From NCBI RefSeq assembly GCF_018977255.1, contig NW_024704759.1, forward strand, positions 186,001 through 250,000: a stretch of 64,000 bases of DNA, given 5' to 3'. The stretch comes from Callorhinchus milii (lineage: Eukaryota). The position numbers were made by a program, and so were the translations under genes. Positions 35,114 to 47,100 of the stretch are shown in pieces. Every line of letters starts with the position of its first letter. Within the stretch, counting starts at the first letter, position 1. Under the pieces are notes generated by a model. That model ran no database searches and was not told where the DNA came from. It saw only the letters and a program-made list of their open reading frames with translations.

Positions 35114-38100
35114 ATGGGGTTTGCGGGGCGGGACCTGTTGCGGGAAAAGGAGGAGGAAGAGGAGGACAGCGGGGACTCGGTGTTGGTCCGGCAGGTGACT
35201 CTGGGGGGCTGCGGGGGGCCACTCTGGGGGCTGCGGGGGGCCACTCTGGGGGGCTGCGGGGGGCCACTCTGGGGGCTGCGGGGGGCCACTCTGGGGGCTG
35301 CGGGGGCCACTCTGGGGGCTGCGGGGGGCCACTCTGGGGGGCTGCGGGGGCCACTCTGGGGGGCTGCGGGGGGCCACTCTGGGGGGCTGCGGGGGGCCAC
35401 TCTGGGGGCTGCGGGGGGCCACTCTGGGGGGCTGGGGGGGCCACTCTGGGGGGCGGGGCCACTCTGGGGGCTGCGGGGGGCCACTCTGGGGGGCTGCGGG
35501 GGCCACTCTGGGGGGCTGCGGGGGGCCACTCTGGGGGCTGCGGGGGGCCACTCTGGGGGCTGCGGGGGCCACTCTGGGGGCTGCGGGGGCCACTCTGGGG
35601 GGCTGGGGGGGCACTCTGGGGGGCTGGGGGGGCACTCTGGGGGCTGGGGGGGGCACTCTGGGGGCTGGGGGGGCACTCTGGGGGGCTGGGGGGGCACTCT
35701 GGGGGGCTGGGGGGGGGCACTCTGGGGGGCTGGGGGGGCACTCTGGGGGGCTGGGGGGGGGCACTCTGGGGGGCTGGGGGGGGGCACTCTGGGGGCTGGG
35801 GGGGGGCACTCTGGGGGGCTGGGGGGGGGGCACTCTGGGGGGCTGGGGGGGGGGGCACTCTGGGGGGCTGCTTGTGCACTGTCCTTCAGGACTGCCGAAG
35901 AGGGCATTCTGGTTGTTTTCACTTATTGATAAGGTCCAAATGTAAGTCAAGATTGAGTCTCTCCCTCCCTCCCTCCCCAGATTACACCCCAACACTGCCC
36001 TCCCCGCCGCAATACCACCCGGATTCCCTGTATCGGCACCGCTTGGATCCTCAGCCTCTCCATCCTTTTACTTTTTCCACAGAAGCAGAAGGCTGAATCA
36101 TTATCTGTCTGCAGGAAGCTGTGCTTTGCCATGGGTGGGGCCCCCTATCAGATGACAGGAAACGCCATTGGCTTCTTCTTACAGATCTTCCTCCTGGATG
36201 TGGTTCAGGTATGAACTTCACACTAAACATCAGATGGGAGTCCAGAGTCTGACAATCACTTTGAATGAGAAGGTGTTGGCTTGACTCAGTTGCAATGTTT
36301 CCACTTTCCAAGTCAGATGGTTGTGCGGTTAAACTCCTCGTCAGGACTTTGAACTCACAGTCCAGTCTTACACTGCAATGCAGTGTTGGGCTACTGTTTT
36401 GTGTTAGGGTGTTATCCTTTGCAGGACATGTTCAGGCCCAGTCTGTCTGTTCAAATGGATGTCAAAGATTCCATGTCACTATTTGAAAATAGAAGGAACT
36501 TTCTCCTGATGCTCTCGACAACAATCCTCCAGGTAAGATTAGTCATTCACTTCATGACCACTGCAGGATATTGGATATTGTTGTGGGGGCTGCGGGGGCC
36601 ACTCTGGGGGGCTGCTTGAGCACTGTCCTTCAGGACTGCCGAAGAGGCATTCTGATCATTTTCTCTTATTGATAAGGTCCGAATGTAAGTCAAGATTGCG
36701 TCCCTCCCTCCCTCCCTCCCCAGGTTACACCCCCAACACCTCCCTCCCCGCCGCAATACCACCCAGATTCCCTGTATCCAGCTTGGCTCCTCAGCCTCTT
36801 CATCCCTGACTTTTAACGTAACATAACATGTAAGGGCCATTCGACCCTTCGAGCCTTCCCCGCCATTCAATCATGGCTCACCTTCTAATCTAACTCCAAC
36901 TAATAACCTGGCCCTGCCTTATCCGCATATCCCTTAATTACTTTTTCCACAGAAGCAGAAGGCTCCATTGCAACAGAGTCAAGCCAACACCTTTTCATTC
37001 AAACTCCACTTGAGTATCCACCAACTCCTTATTTCCTCCCAAAGAAGTTCCCATAACTTCTATTCCCTTCTCCCTCATGTATATTTTGCTTCCTCGTAAA
37101 TGTAATCGTACTATCTGATTTAACCACTGCACTGTCAGACAGCAAATTCCATATTCTCACTTCCTACTGCATGAAATAGTTCCTCCTAAATTCTCTTTTA
37201 GATCCCCTAGTTGTTATCTTAGATTCGAGTACCCTAGTTACAGACCCCCCCATACCAACAATTAGGAAAAGAGTCTCTCTCTCTCTCTCTCCCTCTCGCT
37301 CGCTTCCACTTTCTTCTTCTCTAATAGGAACATAGGAACAGGAGTAGGTCTTTCAGCCCCTCGAACCTGTTCCAGCATTCTATAAGATCACGGCTGATCT
37401 GCACCTCAACTCCAATTACCCACCCTTTACCCGTATCCCTTGATACCCTTACCTAACAAATATCTATCCACCTCAGTCTTGAAAATTTTAATGGATCCAA
37501 CATTCACAGCCTCTTGGGACAGAGAGTTCCAGATTTCCACTACCAGGAGGCAGAAATCAGGAGGCAGCGATCAACTCCTAATTAGGAACTGAATGTGGCA
37601 ACAATATTCATGCATTGTAAATTTAAGGAGATTTCACATGACAAGAAAGCAGTATAGATAGTGATTGTATGTACGATTCCAGATTATCTTTCTGTTGCAG
37701 ATGGAGGCTTTCTATGCAAGTCTGATTCTCTTCACGGGCCGTGTGTGGGATGCTTTCACAGATCCCATTGTTGGATTCCTTGTCAGCAAAAGCAGAAGAA
37801 CCAGATTTGGGAAGTTGCTGCCTTGGTGAGTTTGCGTGAGACACCCTGGGGTTGAGTCGGAGGATATCGGGGTAAACTCTATTGGATGCTCTTCATCAAA
37901 AGAGTACATTCATTATTCATCAAATGCATTCATTATATTTAAAGCCAGATAGACCAGAAAGTTTCTGATTTCAAAGCTACAAATGGCCGTAGTGCCCCCT
38001 GGGTTAGGAGGCAGAAAAATAGCCAAGTTTATGCTCCTGCTTATTATCTAAAGACTTCCTTTCTCCCCTTTGGTGGTAGGTGTTATGTGATGTGGTACCT

Positions 38101-41100
38101 ATCCCAGGAAGCTATCCCAAATTTGTCCCTGTAAAGAAGAAGGATTGAGAGATATGATGAGGAAATGGATGGGAGCCTGAAGGGACTGAGGGAGATGATG
38201 AGAAGGGATTGACGGATATAGTTGGGTGGGTAGGAGAACAAACCATGAAAAAGAAATTAGTTTGTTTGACCTGACCTTCTCGTCCTACCCTAAAAAAAAT
38301 TCTGTTAAGATACAACTTTGATCATTGCTCCAATGCAATTCCCTCTCTTGTTCTTCCTACATACTCACTTTGTAATCAATCTTATAGAATCTATTTGTTC
38401 TTTTTGTAATGAAGCGCATGTCTGTTTATCTATTTCCTCTTCTAATATTCACTTAAGTTATCTTCCCATAACTTTATTAGGACTTTCAGTTCTCGTGTCT
38501 TGTTTTCTTTAGATTATTTTAAAATCCATATTCTGCTGCTGTGTTTCTGGTTTCATTATCTGGTATTTTGAAGATGGCTGTAACCATTCAGCTATTTGCT
38601 TGAAGGAGTTGAATAATGGCTTGTAAAATATCATGGGCAGCCTGGAGATTTATTCTTTTAACTTGGCCTAGCTCTTATCCCAATATAAGAGCAGAGGAAA
38701 GATGGAAAGGAATACTGAATAAATTATTATATTTAAGTGTCATAGATTGCACAAATGCACTGAGCCACACAGACCATTGGTGGTTCACTGGTGAGATCCC
38801 CATTTGGTAGTGAAGTTTGTCTATCAGTGGTGGTAAATTGGCCTTAGACTGAAATTCTGCTAAACTGTTGTCTGACTGATATCAGTTTGTTATAATAAAG
38901 CAAATGGCACAAGTTTTGCCCACAAATCCATTTTACAATATATTCTGTGAAGAGCTTTGAGACATCTCAATAACACGATAGGAACCTATATCAAATGCAA
39001 TTCTTTTATTATTACTACTACAATTATGAGCAAAAAGGCACTCTTGAGAATACACCTTTACAGCTTGTGTGAAATTTGTGAGGAAGATTGTAAAGTAAAG
39101 AGTGGATTGCCTTTTTTTATATTCATATTTATGAAAAGCTTCCTTAGAGTGTGTAATTTGCTGTAAATAACTACCTTTTCACTATTTCTAGGATAATCTT
39201 TTCAATGCCATGTGGAGTCGCTGCCTATTTCCTGTTGTGGTTCAGCCCCTCCTATACCATGTCCTCAGCCTATAGCTTCATCTGGTATTTGGTCACGTAC
39301 TGTGCCTTTCATACCTGTATGAGTGTAAGTGCTTTAGTCTTTTTAGATGAAAACTCACAAAAGTTAATTGGGCCTTAAAAAAAATCCATGTTTGCTTCTC
39401 AATTTCATTTACCTTGCTTCGCTACATAATTCCTCCATCCCTTCCCTCCAGAAATGTACCCAGTTGCCTCTTGAACCTAATTGAATGCTCCCACATCACG
39501 TACAGAACAGGTTCCATGGGTACTATTTACACTGTCTAGCCAGCACTCCCAGGTCAGCTACAGTATGGGTAGAGACTGAGTAAAGTTCTCTCTACTCTGA
39601 TCCACCTATTAACATATTTCTCTTGGTGAATGATTCCATTCTCACCTCAGTAGCAGCGATTAGAGGTACTACAGGTTTGTGCTTGGTGCCTTGCCCATGA
39701 GAACAGATTTGTCAGCAAAGTGAAGAAGCTTTCCTAAATAAATGGTCAATTGTTTCATGCCTGTAAATGCCTAGAGGAAGCTCAAAATAGAACTATCTTA
39801 GTTGTGATTTGCCTGGAGACCTCACTTTTCTTGCGGATTCTTCAGGGATGTTGTTCAAACGGTATAAATGATCAAATTAAGTACTTACTCAATTGCTAAT
39901 TACTCAATTTCATCCTGATTGTGGTTGAACTCAGTGACCTCCCGAGATTCAGCTCTACCTTAATCATGTTTGAAATGAATTTTATTCGGAAGTTCATTCA
40001 AATTTTAACTGCTATATAGACATGGGATTTACTGTATAACAAATTGCCATAATCAGATAAATAGTGGGACAGACGAAAAAGGTCAATTGATGCTTCTTGA
40101 ACGTACAGAGTAATTCCTGAGTGTATTACTGTTTCTTAGTCATCCCAGTTACCGAACATTTTAATATGAGACAGAACCGGTCCATTCAATTGAGACAATC
40201 GTTCACCTCAGGTTGACCTGATGCTACAGTTAGATTGTTTCCTGTAACATTCCATGTAAATCTTGCTCTGACACTTGTTGTTTCTCTTTCTCCAGTGTTT
40301 CCATGTCCCATACTCGGCTCTCACTATGTTCCTCGGTGGTGATCAGAAGGACAGAGACTCAGCAACCGCATTCCGTAAGCACCACTTTCCCACCATTAAA
40401 TGTAGATTTTCTCTTTTTCTGGAAATAATTAGCCCATGTAGTGATATTGTACATTTTCCTGCTGTGCTCTTTGTTTTTGCTTGTCTGGGTGGAACCCCAT
40501 TATTATTTGACATCTGACACACAAGGTTGAATCCTCACTAGATGGATAGCAGGTACCAGGAACTGCCTTTGAGATTTCTGGTGAGCAATCCAATTGAGCA
40601 TTAAATGTGTGAGAACATTGCCATCATCCTCCTGCCCACAGATGAAACACATCCCTATCCATTGAGCTACAGTTCTAGTTGGAAATGCAGAAATTGAGCA
40701 CTAGCTGCTTACCTCTCTATACCAATCAATAAGTATGTGTTCCCAGACACCAACTCCAGAAAGCTTTCCAGCAGCTGTCATATTAAGCCTCTGAGTTCAC
40801 ACGATAGTTATCAGATGGGCATCTACAGAATATAATGTGATATTGTAATTATACCTAAAATTTTATTTTGCCATGGTCTCTTCCTTTCTTGGTTACACTG
40901 GTCTGCGTTGGGACATTATTCCTCTTGCACTGGGTACCCTGTGGAGCCTCAGGCAATATTCTATTCTTCACGTATGCTGTCTGACATCCACAGGGAGAGG
41001 ACATCATAGCTAAGCCATATTCTGTCCTTGCCTGACATCCATAGACCAGCATCTTTCAGCAGAGTTCTCTGGATAATGACCAGGAATGGGGAACAGTAGC

Positions 41101-44100
41101 AGAATTTCTTCCCCCCCCCCCATCCCAGGGAAGTCAAGGTCAATTGTAGAGGTAACTGCTGAGAGTAACTCATGATTTGAACCTGCAATCTTCTGATCCA
41201 CATTCGGTAAGGCTAATGAGCACTCCCCCCACCCCCTCCCACCACCATTGAGTGAAGTGTTGGATATTGATGAGTGGAAGTGATAAACAGCATGAGTTAT
41301 AGGATGGGAGGAGAGATGAGATGTGTACAATGTATCTTTTTAAAACTGCTTTTAACCTGTTGTAGACTTGAATGAACCAGTGAAAAGTATAAATGGTAAA
41401 TTCTGGAGAGATGCAGTTAAAAAGTACAGTTAAAGCTGTAGGCAAGTTGGAGTTAAGCTGTGGTCTTAAGATACAGTTGAGCTCTGGTGTAAATGTAGTT
41501 AGGATGAATGTACAATATTTACAACAATATGTAGTTGTGCGTTATTGTGTCTCTGCAGGAATGGGAGTGGAGATTGTGGCGACTCTAGCTGGAGCTGCTA
41601 TTCAGGGGCAGATTGTGGGAGTGTATCATGCACAGACGGCTGAGTCTTGTCGCCTGAGCCAGAATCAGAGCATCAACAGTACCTGGTTACTGGGCAACAG
41701 CCTCGACAGCACAGTCAGTTCCAATTCTCATTGTATTGCAAGTTGTGTTTAAATTATATTTTTTGTGCATTTGTTGTTTGGATGCTAGCATCAACCAACT
41801 TGTGCTTGTATGAAAAACCCAGATCTTCTCTCCTCCATTGCTTGGTTATGGCATTATGCTTGATTTCCTGAACACATTTTAAAACATTTAAAATATATTC
41901 TCATCTACATCAGTTGGTAAAGTGTATGAACAGCCTGAGCAGACCATAAAAGTTTATTGTAACTTTTGGGTGAAATTCCGCCAGCTTTACATTTACTCTA
42001 TTTATGTCATATTTTAATGTCAGAATTTGTCAAATTGTTGAAGTCAGTCTTAACTTTGAAACTGTTTTTCTGTTGTTCTTAAGTGAACTTACAAACCATT
42101 TCAAAATTAAGATAACACTTAAGAATTTGTCAAATTCTGGACACACTAAAAATGTTACAGAGTAAATCAAGAGGTGGAAATTCAACTCAATTGTCTTCTT
42201 CCTGGTAATGATCAACTTCACAGTGACCGTTTTGTCATTAATATCGGATACCCGAAATTCCACTTAGTCTTAGGCTATGAGACCACTTTACCTTAAAATG
42301 TAAGATAGCCTCCATTTGTCTACCGATAATGTGAGACACACCGGGCTGATGTTACTTTGCCTGTCCCTTTCCCCTTTCTTGAATGAGTGTAACATTTGCC
42401 ACCCTCCAATCCTTTGGTGTTAGCCCTATTTCCAAAGAATTTTGAGAATTATAATCTATCTCTATTTGCTCTGTTTGGGGTTGTAGGCCATCTGGCCCTA
42501 GTGACTTATAAAGTCATTGTTCCTTTAACCCTTTTATATCAGTTAATAATTCTTTCACATAGAATCAAATGTCTCAAAGCATTTCACAGGTAATAATTGT
42601 CAAATTACACAAATATGGGTTTGTAAGTATTTATTCTATATTCTCTTATATCTAAGAGTTGCTGTTATTGACATGCCTAAGTTTGACCACTCACTAAATG
42701 GATAACAGCGACCAATTTAGATGTGACTGCTGAGATTAGATAAGGATGCAAACCTGCAATCTTCCGATCCATACTCAGTAATGCCAATGGGCTCTTCCTC
42801 TACACCAATTGAGCTGCAATAGTGAGCAACCTAACTCAGTACAAAATGCTTGAGTGCATTGCCATTATCTTCATGACTGCAGTCTGGATACCCTCACACA
42901 CACACATACTCATTGAATGGTGATTTCAGCAATTACAAGTGTGGAGCTTCTATCATGGCTGATCTCAATACGATCAAAAAGCAGTAAGACCATGTTTCTC
43001 TTGTTTCTACAGAAGAGAGCTTATATCCTGGCAGCCGCAGTGATTGGTGGCCTTTACTTTATTTGTTCAATGATTCTCTTTCTGGGGGTGAAAGAACTGG
43101 CCGGTGAGTATTGAATCATAGAATCAGAGAGATAGCACAAAGAAGAATATTCGGCCCATCGAGCCCCACCAGCTTTCAGAGCAAGGTGTTCATTCAGTCC
43201 CATGTCCTGCCTTATCCCCAACCCCCTTCAAGCCTCTGCCCTTCATTTACCCATCTGCTACTTCCCTCTTGAAACTCACCCTGGACTCTGCCTATACTTG
43301 ACAGGACATTCCATATCCCAACTACAGTAACTCTCTGAATGGGAAAAATCTGTTGTAACTAATAAGGTAGTTACAACAAGAGCAAAAGTAAATCTTGATG
43401 ATTTAAAGCTTGGTCCCTCGTCACTGACTCCTCTAGCAGCAGAAATAGCTTCTCCCTATTTACTCATCAAACCCCCTCATTATTTTAGAGACCAAACTTT
43501 TCCAATTTCTCCTCATAACTAAAGGCCCCACTGCCCTGGTACCCCTTCCAAGGTCTAATTAACTTTCTAGAAATTAGGTGCCCAAAACTTAATACAACAC
43601 TCCAGTTGTGGTCTAACCAATGATGCGCACAAGTTAGCTTTGCGCACAAAGTTAGCATTATTGCTTTGCTTTAGTAATCTAGTAATTTAGTAATCTATGC
43701 CCCTATGTATATTTCGCTTTTTTTCTTAGGTCTTCCCACGTCCACTTCCACTTTCAACGTCCAGGTCCCATTGCTCGTCTGCTCCTTGCAAAATACTGCT
43801 ATTTCGACCAAAATTAATCGCCTTACATTTTGTTTCATTAAACCATCTTCCCATTGCACCCATCTGTTAAAGTCCTCTTACAGTCTCTTGCCAGCCACCT
43901 CACTATTCACTATACCGCCTAGCTTGGTATCATCCACAAACTTTGATACCCCTTGTAATCACTGTCATGAATATACATGGAAAACAAGAGAGGCCCCAGT
44001 AGAGACCACTAATTACTTTCCATCACCTGGAAAAATATCCTTTTAAGCCTAATCTCTTAGTTCGTATTCTTCAATAACCTTTCTATCCAAACTGCCGCGT

Positions 44101-47100
44101 TTGCTCCATGCACCTTGAGTTTCTCCAATAGGAGAAACTTAAGTTGAGTCTGGTTGAGATGCTGTAGTGAAGGGGATGCAGGTTGTCAGTAGCAAAGGCA
44201 TCAGAAATCCTGAAGTTCACATTGTGGAATGGCTAGAGCATGCCAGCTGAAACTGAACAAATTATCAATATAATGCACTGTAAGCTTGCAAGGTTATCCA
44301 TCAGGACGCAAGTGAGAAGAATCAAATCCCTCGCGAGACTGCCCCTTGAAGTCACAATGATGAGCCAGGCAGGCTGATCAACACCACAGTCCACCCAAGC
44401 TGCCTCTCCATCGCCAGGTTAGTCACCCTGCTTACATCTGCCCCCTCCTGAGGATTTGAGCTCTTGTTAGAAGGATTCTGAGTAGAATGAGCAACATGCT
44501 TGCGCATAGTGTGTGAAAGGATTGCCTCCAGCCTACAGTGACCCACCAACCAGCAGCTGAAGGTGAGAGGGCACATCCACAAATTATTCTAGATTCCATA
44601 AGGTTAAACCTGACAATGTCTGATTGCATGAAGCTGGTGATGGTATGCTCTTATTCCAGGCTCCCTCGCATCCAAGAACCAGGTTGCGGTTTCATACCTG
44701 ACTGGCCTGAAGCTGGTGATGAACCACAAACCATATGTAAGCCTGACCTTTGGCTTCCTCTTCATCTCTTTAGCTTTTCAGGTAAGTGATGAATGAAGAT
44801 GATGTCGTGAATGTTCAATGGCAGCTCATGGGCTTTGGTAATTAAGTGACAGACCTAAGAATGCAGTACATGGCATGGAATGTTCCTGAATAAAGTTCAT
44901 AGCTTTTCCAGATCTGAAACCAAGGCATCTGATCCTCCATTCCGTGAGGCTAGTCGATGAGGGTCCAGTAGTTAGCATTGGATGAGAGGGGGCTTTACAG
45001 TCAGGCTCAGTCCTGTCTGCTCAGACGTGCATGTTTCAGCAGGATTGCAAATAACAATCGGGAAATGCTAGCTTAGAATCAATCAATTTTGAAGCTGGCT
45101 TCTTGGCTTGTCTGGTTGGACATGATCCTCAGTGGCTTGTGTGGGGAGGAGTGTTGGAGATTGTATATTGAGTTATTAAAAATGGAACAAAAACTTGGTA
45201 TTATTCTGAGAATCACTGCCTGTCTCTCTCCAGCTCGTCCAGGGTAACTTTGCGCTGTTCTGCACGCACGCAGCTGGTTTGGGACATCACTTCCAACACA
45301 TCGTGCTCATAATCCTGGTATGTATTCAACTCTCTTAGGAGGAGGCAACTTGATCCATCATATTTGCACCATGCTAACCGTACCAATGTACTGTACCAAT
45401 AACAGTAGTAGATTTAAAAAAGGAGTTTAGCAGGAAATTTAGGACTTTAAACTCAGTCTAGGCACTAAAATACTGAGGATGTGCTGTCCTTTGGGTGAGA
45501 TGTTAAACCAAGGTAGACATTAAAGACCGTGTGGCGCTATTCAAAAAGAGAACAGAGTTTCTCTCAGTGTTCAGGCTAACAATCCCCCAGATAAGATTGA
45601 TAATTTATTTTATGAGTTTGTGGGAGACTGCTGTGCGCAAATTAGCTGCTAGTATCGTGTACAAAAGTACAGTAATTACACTTTACAGTATATTCTGTGA
45701 AGTGCTTTGAGACGTCTTCCCAACGTGAAAGGTGTGATATCAAATGTAAGTATTAGTTACACAGAGCATAGTAAGAATATGTAAATCACTACTGAAAGCT
45801 GTGATAAAAAGCATCAACGTATTTTAAAAATTTGATGCATACGTGAGAAGGCGATAGAGGGGAGTAGGAGGCTTGGAGCTCAGACTAGTTATGCCTAATG
45901 GTCTGTTTTCATGTTGTGCTGTTCTGTGTAATTCTATATAAGTTTATTATTGAATAGGTCTCCTACCTTTCTCAGACTTTTTTCCTCCTATGTTTGCCAA
46001 ATTTGGGTACAGTGACACGAGCATCGGGGACTGTTTATAAACTTCTGCATCTTTCACTTGTGGTTTAACTTGTTAATTTACCTTTGTTCAGGTTTCAGCT
46101 GCACTTACAGTTCCATTTTGGCAGTGGGTCCTGATGAAATTCGGAAAGAAAACAGCCTTGTTTGTGGGACTGATAGTAAGTTATGTTTATTTGTTCATCA
46201 AATGCCACCTCGCTATAAAAACATTTGCTGCTATTGGAGGAAATTCTCTTGAAAAATACTTGAACTTTTGTTTCATAATAACTTTTTAGAAGGATGCTCA
46301 ACATCATTAAATGTTAACATTTAACCACTGAACAGCTAATGTGCATTAAACTGTGGCAGCCCTGCAAAAGATGAAAAGCTAGTCACACTTATAATGTTGT
46401 GTGGAATCGGTGTCAGGTTGTCCCTGCATCATTTCCTAAGAGCTTTAGTCTATTTCCTGTTTGTTGCACATTGTGTATTTCCTGTGCGTCTTTTGTGGTT
46501 AGACCATTTACTGTCAGAATATAAAAACATCTTCAATGGAATGTTATCTGTTAACAGAATATTAGGTGCTGACTTTAGTCATTTGATGAGTAATTCTTAA
46601 GTTCAAATCTTGAATTATTAATTATTTTGCTGCTGTGACTGACTAACATTCATTTCCCTCTCTTTCAGTGGTACATTCCGCCTCTGATCACCATCGCGCT
46701 GGTCAACAGAAATCTGTCACTGATCACAGTCATGGCTGTCCCTGCTGGTGCTAGCCTAGCTGTGGCTTTCCTGTTGCCATGGTAAGATTGCACCATTACT
46801 ATGATGACCTGTGATAGACTCAGCAGCTGTTGCTGATCAAGAGATCAAAGGTGAAAATGAAGTATTTAAAAATAATTCATTTCCAACAATGAACACATCA
46901 CATACCAAATCCATCAGTGACAATGGTACTTACAGGCTGCATTGAGACTTTGCTGTGGCTTCATTCATTCATACATTCATTCCTTCCTAAATGCTCATTC
47001 ATGTGTATGCACACATTTAAATACGCTCAAATACGGATGCTTGTGAGCACTGACTCTCATGTATACACATATTCTTGCGCACATTGCAAGAACTTTCTGG

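Noticed and set aside
32117-35995. Long Pro/Gly-rich ORFs (up to 943 aa) resembling formin, extensin or collagen
   Set aside because: They are open in nearly all frames on both strands because the minisatellites lack stops; variable homopolymer lengths do not preserve frame.
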